Origin: Myxococcota bacterium
GTDB lineage: Bacteria > Myxococcota_A > UBA9160 > UBA4427
Assembly (NCBI GenBank): GCA_046583095.1
Contig: JAYGDB010000143.1
Location: forward strand, 2,937 to 66,936
Reading direction: 5' to 3'
Length of the DNA: 64,000 bases
A program made the position numbers and the translations under genes. Positions 7,480-16,419 of this stretch are shown piece after piece. Position 1 is the stretch's first letter; every line of letters starts with the position of its first letter. Below the pieces are notes generated by a model. It saw only the letters and a program-made list of their open reading frames with translations, made no database searches and was not told the DNA's origin.

Positions 7480-8172
7480 ATGCTAAGACGACTCTGGAAG
7501 AGCCTGCTTCGCGTCACACGTCTCTACTTCGTGGCTGGGCTGCTGGCCTTCGCGCCGATCGGCATCACGTTCTGGGCCATCGCCTGGATCATCACACGCC
7601 TCGACAACCTGCTGCTCCCGCAGGTCATCCAGTGGATCTCGCCGGGACTCGACCAACCTCCTGATCTTCCGCCCCTGGTTGGCGCCCTCTTCACCTTTGG
7701 GGTGATCCTGCTGTCGGGTGTGATCGTCCGGCACTTCTTCGGCCAGGAGTTGGTGCGTATCTGGGAGCGGATCCTCTCCCGGGTGCCGGTGGCGCGCACG
7801 ATCTACGGCGGCATCAAGCAACTCTTCGAAGCGGCCATGCAATCCGGGACGACCAGTTACAACCGGGTGGTCCTGATCGAATATCCGAGGCGGGAGGTCT
7901 GGGTGTTGGCCTTCACCACCGGGGCCTCGCGCGGACCCGTCGCGGCGGCCCTGCCCGATCAGGCGCTGATCAACTGCTTCGTGCCCACGACGCCGAATCC
8001 GACCTCCGGCTTCTATCTCGTGATCCCCGAAGAGGACGTCATCGATGTCGACCTCAGCGTAGAGGACGCCTTCAAGGTGATCATGTCGGCGGGCCTGGTG
8101 ACTCCGGGCGCCGAGATCCCGGCCGAGGCCGTCGGGCTCGAGGGCCCGAAGCCCGAGCCGAGTCGGAGTTAG
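7480..8172 (+). CDS. DUF502 domain membrane protein
   Basis: Two N-terminal TM helices followed by a conserved GGIKQLFEA...RVVLIEYPR..VWVLAFTT region typical of DUF502. Confidence 0.78.
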   Translation: MLRRLWKSLLRVTRLYFVAGLLAFAPIGITFWAIAWIITRLDNLLLPQVIQWISPGLDQPPDLPPLVGALFTFGVILLSGVIVRHFFGQELVRIWERILSRVPVARTIYGGIKQLFEAAMQSGTTSYNRVVLIEYPRREVWVLAFTTGASRGPVAAALPDQALINCFVPTTPNPTSGFYLVIPEEDVIDVDLSVEDAFKVIMSAGLVTPGAEIPAEAVGLEGPKPEPSRS

Positions 8173-8209
8173 CCCGGCGCGCTGCAGGCCATCGAGAAGA
8201 CCGACGAGG

Positions 8210-9784
8210 TCAGCGACTAGAAGCCCGAACCGGAGACCCACTCCGCAGCGCTTCCAGGAAGACCCGGGCCACGTCGGCCGGCGGCCTGCCCCGCTCGTCC
8301 ACTTCGTGGTTCATGGCCTGCATCTCCGCCTCGTCGATGCGCCTGCCCAACTTCGTGACGGCAGCGACGACCTCGGGCCGTTCCGTTGCGAGCCCTGGCC
8401 TCGCGAGCACGATCGCGTCATAGGGCGGGATGACGCCCCGATCGTCGGCGACGAGCCGCAGAGAATACGCGGCGATGCGCCCGTCGGTCGAGTAGGCGCT
8501 GATGACGTCCACCTCCCCGGCCTCGACGGCCTGGTACATCAGCCCGGCATCCATCGAGCGCGCTTTCCGAAAGGCGAGGCTGTAGGCCGCCTCGAGAGCC
8601 TTCCACTCCGCACGGACGAAGAACTCGTAGTCGCCCCCGATCTCCAGGTTCGGCGAAACACGCGCCAGCTCGGTGATCGTGCTGACCCCGAGGTCCCGTG
8701 CCTGAGCCTCACGCATCGCGAGCGCGTAGGTGTTCTCGAAGCCGAGGGAAGCGACGAGCAGGATGCCGTGCTCGTCACGCAGGTAGTCGCGTACGCCCTC
8801 GAGCACCTCCCGCCGCGTGTCGGGCAGCCGCGTGCGTTTCATGATGGTCGCCCAGATCGTGCCCGAGTAGTCGACATAGAGGTCGATCTCGCCGGTTCGC
8901 AACGCGTCGAACGCGACCGTGGAACCCAGCGACTGGACGGCGCGTGTGTCGAGGCTCGTCTCGGCGGTGATCTGCTGTGCCAGGATCTCGGACAGGATGT
9001 ACTGCTCGGTGAAGGTCTTGGCACCAATCGTGACGGAGCGTCCCTCCGTTCCGACCGCCGAAGCCACGAAGGCCCCACCCGCGTACACGCACAGCAACCC
9101 GAGCAGCGAGAGAGCCGCCACGACCTTCGCGCGAGACCGCCCCAGGAGTCCGTTCTCGAGCAGGCGAACCAGACTGTCGAGACCGATCGCGAGAACTGCC
9201 GCGGCGACGCTGCCCACCATCACCGCGGTGAAGTTCCGGGTCTGCAGGCCGCTGAAGATGTAGTTGCCGAGGCTCGTCGCGCCGACCGGGGTCGCGAGCG
9301 TGGCGGTCCCCACCACCCAGACCGTCGCGGTGCGGACACCCGCGACGATCACCGGGAGTGCAAGCGGCAATTCGACCCGCACGAGGCGCTGCCGATCGGT
9401 CATCCCGACGCCGCGCGCGGCCTCGACGAGCGCGGCATCCACACCGCCGATACCCGCCACCGTATTGCGCAGGATCGGGAGCACGCTGTAGAGGGTGAGC
9501 GCAACGACGGCGGGCAGGAAGCCGATGCTGCGAAGCTCGAGGCCGAGCCCTGAAACCAGTACCCCAACACCGGCGAGCAGCGGAACCATCAACGCCAGCA
9601 GGGCCAGGCTCGGAATCGTCTGCAGCACACTTGCCAGCCCGAGAACGACAGGCTCGAAGCGAGGGCTGCGGCTCACCCAAACCCCGAGCGGGATGCTGAA
9701 CGAGACACCCAGGACCAAGGCAGCCAACGACAGCTGAAGGTGCGCGGTGCCGTAGCCCGGAAGCAGCGCCAGCTGCTCAGCCAT
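8210..9784 (-). CDS. osmoprotectant (glycine betaine/choline-type) ABC transporter, fused permease and substrate-binding protein
   Basis: N-terminal MetI-like permease (6 TM) fused to a C-terminal OpuBC/OpuCC-like binding domain. Start at ATG 9784 overlaps the ATPase stop (ATGGCTGA). Confidence 0.87.
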   Translation of the reverse strand: MAEQLALLPGYGTAHLQLSLAALVLGVSFSIPLGVWVSRSPRFEPVVLGLASVLQTIPSLALLALMVPLLAGVGVLVSGLGLELRSIGFLPAVVALTLYSVLPILRNTVAGIGGVDAALVEAARGVGMTDRQRLVRVELPLALPVIVAGVRTATVWVVGTATLATPVGATSLGNYIFSGLQTRNFTAVMVGSVAAAVLAIGLDSLVRLLENGLLGRSRAKVVAALSLLGLLCVYAGGAFVASAVGTEGRSVTIGAKTFTEQYILSEILAQQITAETSLDTRAVQSLGSTVAFDALRTGEIDLYVDYSGTIWATIMKRTRLPDTRREVLEGVRDYLRDEHGILLVASLGFENTYALAMREAQARDLGVSTITELARVSPNLEIGGDYEFFVRAEWKALEAAYSLAFRKARSMDAGLMYQAVEAGEVDVISAYSTDGRIAAYSLRLVADDRGVIPPYDAIVLARPGLATERPEVVAAVTKLGRRIDEAEMQAMNHEVDERGRPPADVARVFLEALRSGSPVRASSR

Positions 9785-10544
9785 CTCCGGCCTCCAGCAG
9801 CTCATCGACGACGCGTGCTTGCCGGCGCGGAGTTGCCATCAGCTCGGCGACACCGGCATCCCCGGGATGTGCCAGCAACTGGGCCGGCGTCCCGACCTGC
9901 ACCAGGGCGCCGTCCCGCAGCACGGCAATCCGATCTCCGAGCAGCAACGCTTCGACCATGTCGTGGGTGACAAAGACGACCGTCAAGGCGAGGTCGCGGC
10001 GAATCTGCTGCAGCGATTGCTGCAGGTGGTCCCGGGTGAGCGGATCCAGTGCGCCGAAGGGCTCATCGAGAAGCAGGACCTCGGGCTCCGCCGCAAGTGC
10101 TCTAGCGATTCCAACGCGCTGCTGTTCACCGCCACTCAACTCGAGAGGCGCGCGATCCCGAAACACCGCCGGCTCGAGCTGTACCATCTCGAGCAAGTCG
10201 TCGACCCGACCGCGAATGCGGCTGGCTTCCCAGCCGAGCAGGCTCGGCGTCACCGCGACGTTCTCGGCGACGGTCATGTGCGGAAACAGACCGACCTGCT
10301 GGAACCCGTAGCCGATGCGCCGGCGCAGCGCGGGCCCCGAGAGACTGCGCGTGTCCTCGCCGGCGATCCGCACGCTGCCCGAAGTCGGCTCGATTAGCCG
10401 GTTCACCATTTTCAGCGTCGTGGTCTTGCCGCACCCCGAGCTGCCGAGCAGCACCAACAACTCGTTCTCGCCCACCTCGAGGTTCAGGCGATCCACCACA
10501 TTGCGAGCGCCGTAGGCCTTGGTGAGATCGCGAAGCTCGATCAC
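9777..10544 (-). CDS. ABC transporter ATP-binding protein (OpuCA/ProV-like, no CBS tail)
   Basis: Walker A GSSGCGKTT, signature LSGGEQQR, Walker B LLLDEP. GTG 10544 overlaps the chaC stop (GTGA). Alternative start at ATG 10562. Confidence 0.9.
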   Translation of the reverse strand: MIELRDLTKAYGARNVVDRLNLEVGENELLVLLGSSGCGKTTTLKMVNRLIEPTSGSVRIAGEDTRSLSGPALRRRIGYGFQQVGLFPHMTVAENVAVTPSLLGWEASRIRGRVDDLLEMVQLEPAVFRDRAPLELSGGEQQRVGIARALAAEPEVLLLDEPFGALDPLTRDHLQQSLQQIRRDLALTVVFVTHDMVEALLLGDRIAVLRDGALVQVGTPAQLLAHPGDAGVAELMATPRRQARVVDELLEAGDG

Positions 10545-11095
10545 CTGGCGGTCTCCAGGCACTCGGCCAGTGCAAGCACCTCTTCGGTATCGGGGTCGAG
10601 ATCCGGACAGATCTGCGTCAAGGACTCCGCCAGGCGCAGGACGTACTCGAGGTTGTTGCCGCTCGGTCCGGACGAGGCCAGCACCTGGCTCGCGATCGCC
10701 TCGAGGGACGCCGGGCCGAGATAATTCGGATTGGTCGGTGCCGCGAGATACAGGAGCCCGCTGCAGCTCGAAGGCGTGCCCGGGTCAGCGAAGTGCAACT
10801 GCACCTCGACGCGCTCGTAGCCGCCCTTTTCGCGCTGGTCGAGCCCTGCCAAGACATCGTCGACATCAGGCGCTTCGAGCTGGTACGCCATGCCCCAGCA
10901 TCGCTCGGCTCCTGTGTCGCGCACAAGTGTTACGACGCGCCCCGGAGCGCCGGGAATGCCGCGGTGATCCGTCGAGCCCTGCCAGAAGCGTCGGCGAAAC
11001 CCGCCCACCCAGGCCGGCCGCCGGGAGCGGTGGGGAAACCCTGGGCGCCACACCAGCGATCCGTAGCCGAAGACCCAGAGTCCGTGGGAGGTCAT
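10541..11095 (-). CDS. ChaC-family gamma-glutamylcyclotransferase
   Basis: WVFGYGSLVWRPGF N-terminus. 184 aa. ATGA overlap with the greB stop. Confidence 0.85.
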   Translation of the reverse strand: MTSHGLWVFGYGSLVWRPGFPHRSRRPAWVGGFRRRFWQGSTDHRGIPGAPGRVVTLVRDTGAERCWGMAYQLEAPDVDDVLAGLDQREKGGYERVEVQLHFADPGTPSSCSGLLYLAAPTNPNYLGPASLEAIASQVLASSGPSGNNLEYVLRLAESLTQICPDLDPDTEEVLALAECLETAR

Positions 11096-11571
11096 GGCTC
11101 GTAGCGGATCTTCACGAGGGTGAATGTCGCGGGGCCCTTCGGGCGCTCAACCGTCACCTCGTCATCGACCTCCCTGCCGAGCAACGCGCGTCCGAGGGGG
11201 GAATCCATGCTGATCCAGCCCCGCGCAGCATCGAACTCGTCCGGGCCCACCACGCGATAGCTGTGGTTCTCACCGGCTTCATCCTCGAGGGTGACCCAGG
11301 CTCCGAAGTACACCTTCCCGTCGTCATCGCGAGCCCGCTCTACGACGATGAGATCGTCCGTGCGCTTTTGCAGGAAGCGAACGCGGCTGTCGATTTCGCG
11401 CAGCCGCTTCTTGCCGTAGATATAGTCGGCGTTCTCACTGCGATCACCCAGGGCAGCCGCCGTCGAGACCGCCTCGGTCACCTTCGGACGCTCGACCCGC
11501 CACAACTGATCGAGTTCTTCCTGCAGCTTCCGAAAGCCGTGCGGCGTGATGTAGTTGGACTTTTCAGCCAT
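11092..11571 (-). CDS. greB: transcription elongation factor GreB
   Basis: LWRVERPKVT and GDRSENADYIYGKKRLREID match the GreB coiled-coil. 159 aa. Confidence 0.9.
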   Translation of the reverse strand: MAEKSNYITPHGFRKLQEELDQLWRVERPKVTEAVSTAAALGDRSENADYIYGKKRLREIDSRVRFLQKRTDDLIVVERARDDDGKVYFGAWVTLEDEAGENHSYRVVGPDEFDAARGWISMDSPLGRALLGREVDDEVTVERPKGPATFTLVKIRYEP

Positions 11572-11575
11572 AGAC

Positions 11576-13006
11576 TCAGGTGGGCGTGCGGATCACGAGT
11601 AGTCGCACCTCGCTCATGTCTTCCATCGCGAAGCGGATCCCTTCCCGGCCCAGGCCGCTCTCCTTCACGCCGCCGTACGGCATGTGATCCACCCGCCACG
11701 AGGGCACGTCCCCGATCACGACCCCACCGACGTCCAGCACGTCCCACGCGCGTTGCATCTTGTAGAGGTCGCGCGTGAAGATGCCCGCCTGCAGGCCGAA
11801 CACCGAATCGTTCACCCGCTCCAACGCCTCGTCGAAGGACGAGAAGCGCGACAGAACGGCGACCGGGCCGAAGGCTTCGTCGCAAACGACGGACTCGCTC
11901 GACGGAACGTCCTCGAGCAGGGTCGCCTCGAGCATCGTGCCTTCCCGCTTGCCCCCACACAGGAGCTTTCCACCGTTCGCGATGGCCGACTCAACCCAGC
12001 CGTGCAAACGCTCGGCCTCGTCCAGAGAGATCATCGGGCCGATGAAGGTCTCCTCGTCGCGGGGGTCGCCCATCTTCAGGTCCCTCGTCTTCGCGACGAG
12101 CTTTTCTCGCAGCGCCTCGTAGACCGTCTCGTGGGCGATGATCCGCTGCACGCCGATACAGCTCTGCCCACTCTGGTAGAACGCCCCGAAGACGATCCGC
12201 TCGACGGCATCGTCGAGATCGGCGTCTTCGTCGACGACCACCGCGGCATTCCCACCCAATTCCAGCACAACGGGCTTCTTTCCGGCCCGAGCCTTCAGGC
12301 TCCAGCCCACCTCAGGGGACCCTGTGAACGACAGCAACTTCAGCCGGTCGTCTTCGGTGAAGAGCCGAGCGCCGTCACGCCGGCACGGCAGCACCGAGAA
12401 TGCGCCCTCGGGCAGATCGGTCTCCGCCAGCACCTCGCCGATCATCAGGGCGCCGATCGGCGTCATGCTGGCGGGCTTCAAGACGAAGGGGCAACCGATC
12501 GCAAGAGCGGGCGCCACTTTGTGGGCCGCCAGGTTCAGTGGAAAATTGAACGGCGCGATAAACGAGCACGGACCGATCGGCACACGCTTCCACATCCCCG
12601 AGTAGCCGCGAGCACGCGGGCTGATGTCGAGCGGCATCACCTCGCCGGTAATTCGCACAGATTCCTCGGCCGCAACACGGAACGTGTCGATCAGCCGACC
12701 GACCTCGCCCCGGCTATCACGGATCGGCTTCCCGGCCTCGATGCAGAGCGCATCGGCCAGCTCATCGGCTCGTTCGGTGAAGCGATCCACGCAGTGCATC
12801 AGCACGGACTGACGCTCGTAGGCGGCCAACCGGGCCATCGGCTCGGTCGCACGGACGGCGGCGGCAATCGCGCGGTCGATGGCATCCTCGTCTGCGAGTG
12901 CGACCCGCGTCGCCACGTCTCCGCTGTACTTGTCCACGACCTCGAGATCCTGGTTCGGCGCCTCGGGCCGGTTCGCCAGGTAGTAGGGATACGAATCTCG
13001 CAGCAT
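11576..13006 (-). CDS. NAD(P)+-dependent aldehyde dehydrogenase family protein
   Basis: ALDH motifs ELGGNA and a catalytic Cys region GQSCIG. Start at ATG 13006 with GAGGAAGG upstream. Confidence 0.9.
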   Translation of the reverse strand: MLRDSYPYYLANRPEAPNQDLEVVDKYSGDVATRVALADEDAIDRAIAAAVRATEPMARLAAYERQSVLMHCVDRFTERADELADALCIEAGKPIRDSRGEVGRLIDTFRVAAEESVRITGEVMPLDISPRARGYSGMWKRVPIGPCSFIAPFNFPLNLAAHKVAPALAIGCPFVLKPASMTPIGALMIGEVLAETDLPEGAFSVLPCRRDGARLFTEDDRLKLLSFTGSPEVGWSLKARAGKKPVVLELGGNAAVVVDEDADLDDAVERIVFGAFYQSGQSCIGVQRIIAHETVYEALREKLVAKTRDLKMGDPRDEETFIGPMISLDEAERLHGWVESAIANGGKLLCGGKREGTMLEATLLEDVPSSESVVCDEAFGPVAVLSRFSSFDEALERVNDSVFGLQAGIFTRDLYKMQRAWDVLDVGGVVIGDVPSWRVDHMPYGGVKESGLGREGIRFAMEDMSEVRLLVIRTPT

Positions 13007-13085
13007 GGACCTTCCTCGATCGGGCACGGCGCGTCCCTCCTCGACCAATCCTAGCCGCACCGGAGGCCGCTGCTATGCTCGGGGC

Positions 13086-13388
13086 GTGTCGGATGACTCG
13101 AAACGATCCACCGACGAGTACGAAGACGAAGGCGACCACCCGGTCGAGACTCCCTTCGATCATCCGCTCTTCCTGCCCGTGATCCTCACCGGCTTGTGCC
13201 TGTATTTCTTCTACGACGGCTTCATCAACCAGGATCCAGAAATGCTCCAGCACCTCGCCTTCAACCGCGGTGGCTGTGGGGTCCTGTTCTTGGCGGCGAT
13301 GTGGTTCGGTTACAAGGCCTGGAAGGAGATGCGCGGAAACGCGTCCACCGACGCTCCCTCCTCGGACGACGATCGCCCGATCGGCTAG
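13086..13388 (+). CDS. small hypothetical membrane protein (2 predicted TM)
   Basis: GTG start. Acidic N-terminus followed by two hydrophobic helices (LFLPVILTGLCLYFFY and GCGVLFLAAMWFGY). No family recognised. Confidence 0.45.
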   Translation: MSDDSKRSTDEYEDEGDHPVETPFDHPLFLPVILTGLCLYFFYDGFINQDPEMLQHLAFNRGGCGVLFLAAMWFGYKAWKEMRGNASTDAPSSDDDRPIG

Positions 13389-13539
13389 CAAGAGACCGGC
13401 AAGTCCGGCGGCTGGGCCAGTCTCTCCCCGGTGACGTCGCGAAAGCTGCGTGCGCAGAACGGCACTGTGAGCGACCTCACGCGGAATAGTTGCCGTTCCA
13501 CCACAGTCTCGGGCGCGTTTGCCGATAAGCACGAAGGCC

Positions 13540-15027
13540 ATGCAGCATCGAGACGTCCCCGCGTCGCCGCTGGACACCCAGTCGATGATGATCCCCAGCG
13601 TCAGACTGGGGGAGGACGCTGCACCCGGAACCCGTTCGACGGCAGGCCTCCCACCCGAGCTCGCGCTTCCCGAACAGGAGCCAGCCGCTCGGGGACAGCG
13701 CAACGCCGAGATCGGCGACATCCTCGAAGCCCGCTATCGCTACCGCCTCGTACAGCGTCTCGGCCACGGCGGCTTCGGCTCCGTCTTTCTCGCGGATTCT
13801 CTCGACGTGCGAGATCCAGACCAGGGCCCGCCGCCGCAGGTCGCCATCAAGGTCATCGGCTCGACCGGAAACCAGCACGCGCGCAGCTCTCTCAAGCGCG
13901 AACTCGCCGCGCTGTTGGCGATCGAGCACGACCGCATCCCCACGCTCTACGACTGGGCGCTCGACGGCGAGCGGGCCTTCGTAGCGCTGCAGTACTTCCC
14001 AGCCGGCAGCCTCGCCGACGCGCGCCCGTTCATCGGTCGCTTTGACGAGGCCCAGACATGGCGGCTGATCACCGATCTCCTGTCGGCCCTCAGCGCCGCT
14101 CACCGGGCCTCGGTCCTCCACCTCGACGTGAAGCCGTCGAACGTGCTGCTGGATGGCAACGGGGGCTTCGTCCTGACGGACTTCGGTGTCTCCCACTCAT
14201 CCCGAATGTCGAAGGGCCTGCTGCAGCAGGGACGGATCGCAGTCGGACTCGGCACTCATGGCTACCGCGCGCCCGAGCAAGATAGTTGCACGATCCAGAA
14301 CTTCGATCTGCGTACCGACCTGTGGGGCGTCGGCGCGACCGCCTGGTCCCTCTACACGGGCATTGACCTCAACAAGCGCCAGGATGTCCTGCGCCGCAAG
14401 GCGCCGGGGAACGTCTTCGGTCTGCAGGGCCTCTCGGACGTGGCCCTCCGCTGCCCGCCGCCGCTCGAAGAGGTGATCATGGATCTCCTTCACATCGATC
14501 CCGGCATGCGGCCCGGCGGCGCCTCCGAGGTGCTCACCCAGATCAAGGCAATCGCCTCGGGCTTCGGCCTCGACTCCCGCACGCTGGTGAACGCCCACCG
14601 CTCGAACATCCACCCGGACGACATCCGCCGGGTGATCGACTCCCTGGTCGATCCGCTGTGGGCATCGGTCTGCCGCGGGCCCGGTTTCGATCGCTTCTTC
14701 GTGCGCTTCGAAGATGGCGAGGTGCTCTCCGACCCGACCGACCACGCCTACCACACGCTGCTGCTCCTCTCCGGGCGCGTGCGCGTGGAGCGCCAGAATC
14801 GGCTGCTCGACATCGAGACCCGCGAGGGCAACCTGCTCGGAACCCTCTCGACCCTGACCGGCGCTCCCCGAAGCGTGACCTTGCGCGCAGAAGGCACCGT
14901 CTGGGCCTGCTTGTTCAACGAAGCCGAGCTCGAGCAACTCGTCACCTGCAATCCGTCGATCGCGGTACGCCTGATCCGCAACATGGCCGGCCGAATCGTC
15001 GACGGGCCGGTTCGACACTCCGGCTAG
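13540..15027 (+). CDS. Hanks-type Ser/Thr protein kinase fused to a C-terminal cyclic-nucleotide-binding domain
   Basis: GHGGFGSV, VAIKV, HLDVKPSNVLL (non-RD), DFG and APE motifs. C-terminal cNMP-like beta-roll with LGTLSTLTGAPRSVTLRA. Alternative start at TTG 13519. Confidence 0.87.
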   Translation: MQHRDVPASPLDTQSMMIPSVRLGEDAAPGTRSTAGLPPELALPEQEPAARGQRNAEIGDILEARYRYRLVQRLGHGGFGSVFLADSLDVRDPDQGPPPQVAIKVIGSTGNQHARSSLKRELAALLAIEHDRIPTLYDWALDGERAFVALQYFPAGSLADARPFIGRFDEAQTWRLITDLLSALSAAHRASVLHLDVKPSNVLLDGNGGFVLTDFGVSHSSRMSKGLLQQGRIAVGLGTHGYRAPEQDSCTIQNFDLRTDLWGVGATAWSLYTGIDLNKRQDVLRRKAPGNVFGLQGLSDVALRCPPPLEEVIMDLLHIDPGMRPGGASEVLTQIKAIASGFGLDSRTLVNAHRSNIHPDDIRRVIDSLVDPLWASVCRGPGFDRFFVRFEDGEVLSDPTDHAYHTLLLLSGRVRVERQNRLLDIETREGNLLGTLSTLTGAPRSVTLRAEGTVWACLFNEAELEQLVTCNPSIAVRLIRNMAGRIVDGPVRHSG

Positions 15028-15090
15028 GCGCCGGAAGCCCAGCTCGGGGCGTTGCCGCGGGCGGACCGGAGCGGTATCCCCTTCGGTCGG

Positions 15091-15570
15091 ATGATCCGTA
15101 TCTGTTTCGTCTGCCTGGGCAACATCTGCCGTTCCCCGACTGCCGAGGGCGCGATGAGGAAACTGCTCGTCGATTCCGCGCTGGCAGACCGTATCGAGGT
15201 CGACAGCGCCGGAACCGCTGCCTACCACGCCGGCGAGCCTGCGGACGAGCGAAGCGCGGCCACGGCCCTCGAGCACGGTGTCCGCCTGACGAGCATCGCC
15301 CGGCAATTCACCGTCGACGACTTCGATGACTTCGACTACGTGATCGCGCTGGACCGGGAGAACCAGCAGACCCTTCGTACCCGCGCCCCGGGGCCCGACA
15401 GCGCCGCCAAGATCACGCTCCTGCGGAGCTACGATCCAGATCGCGGCGACGAAGACGACGTCCCCGACCCCTACTACGGTGGACCACGCGGCTTCGACCG
15501 CGTCTTCGAGATCTGCGAGAGTGGCTGTGCGGGCCTGCTCGCGCACATCCGCGCCGAGCACGATCTCTAG
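15091..15570 (+). CDS. low-molecular-weight protein-tyrosine phosphatase
   Basis: P-loop CLGNICRSP (CX5R-S) and a DPYY general-acid loop. Confidence 0.9.
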   Translation: MIRICFVCLGNICRSPTAEGAMRKLLVDSALADRIEVDSAGTAAYHAGEPADERSAATALEHGVRLTSIARQFTVDDFDDFDYVIALDRENQQTLRTRAPGPDSAAKITLLRSYDPDRGDEDDVPDPYYGGPRGFDRVFEICESGCAGLLAHIRAEHDL

Positions 15571-15581
15571 AGGAGAACCCG

Positions 15582-16367
15582 ATGATCCTGGACCGCTTCC
15601 GGATGGATGGGAAAGTGGCGATCGTGACCGGTGCTGGACGCGGCATCGGCGAGGGCTGTGCGCTGGCCCTGGCAGAGATGGGCGCCCGGGTCGTGTGCGC
15701 GGCCCGAACCCCGGAGCAGATCGAGGCGGTTGCCGAAAAGGCGAGCGCTTTCGGGGCTCGCGCGCTCGCCGTCCCCTGCGATGTCAGCGATCGCGCCCAG
15801 CTGGAGGCAGTGGTCTCCAAGGCGATCAGCGAGTTCGGCCGCATCGACGTGCTGGTGAACAATGCCGGCGGCTCGCCGCCGAAGGAGGCCCTGAAGACGA
15901 GCGAAGCCATGTTCGACCAGGCCTTTCACTTCAACGTCACCACCGCGTTCCTGATGTCGCGCTTCGCCGTCCCGCACATGCTCGAGAACGGCGGTGGGGC
16001 CATCGTGAACATCTCCTCGGCTGCCGGGCGCCTGGTGCAACCCGGCTTCGCCGCCTACGGGACCGCCAAGGCCGCCCTGTCGGCACTCACGCGCCTCCTC
16101 GGTAGCGAGTTCGCACCGAAGGTGCGCGTGAACGCGATCGCGGTCGGCTCGGTGCTTACCTCCGCGCTGGCCCCCTTCCTGGACGAGGAGACGCGAGGTG
16201 CGATGGAGAAACTCACCCCGATGAAGCGACTCGGCGAGGTCGAGGACATCGCCTTGATGGCCCTGTACCTGGCGTCTCCAGCCTCATCCTGGGTAACGGG
16301 CAAGATCTTCGAGGTGGATGGCGGAACCGAGTCCACGAATTGGCCGTTCGAGTTTCCGCCGGTCTAA
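15582..16367 (+). CDS. SDR family oxidoreductase (FabG-like)
   Basis: TGAGRGIG cofactor motif, NNAG, and a YxxxK-type catalytic region (YGTAK). Confidence 0.9.
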   Translation: MILDRFRMDGKVAIVTGAGRGIGEGCALALAEMGARVVCAARTPEQIEAVAEKASAFGARALAVPCDVSDRAQLEAVVSKAISEFGRIDVLVNNAGGSPPKEALKTSEAMFDQAFHFNVTTAFLMSRFAVPHMLENGGGAIVNISSAAGRLVQPGFAAYGTAKAALSALTRLLGSEFAPKVRVNAIAVGSVLTSALAPFLDEETRGAMEKLTPMKRLGEVEDIALMALYLASPASSWVTGKIFEVDGGTESTNWPFEFPPV

Positions 16368-16419
16368 GCAGCCGGCCGCCCGACTCCCACCGCGCGGCAA
16401 CACCGGCGAGTACCGCTGT

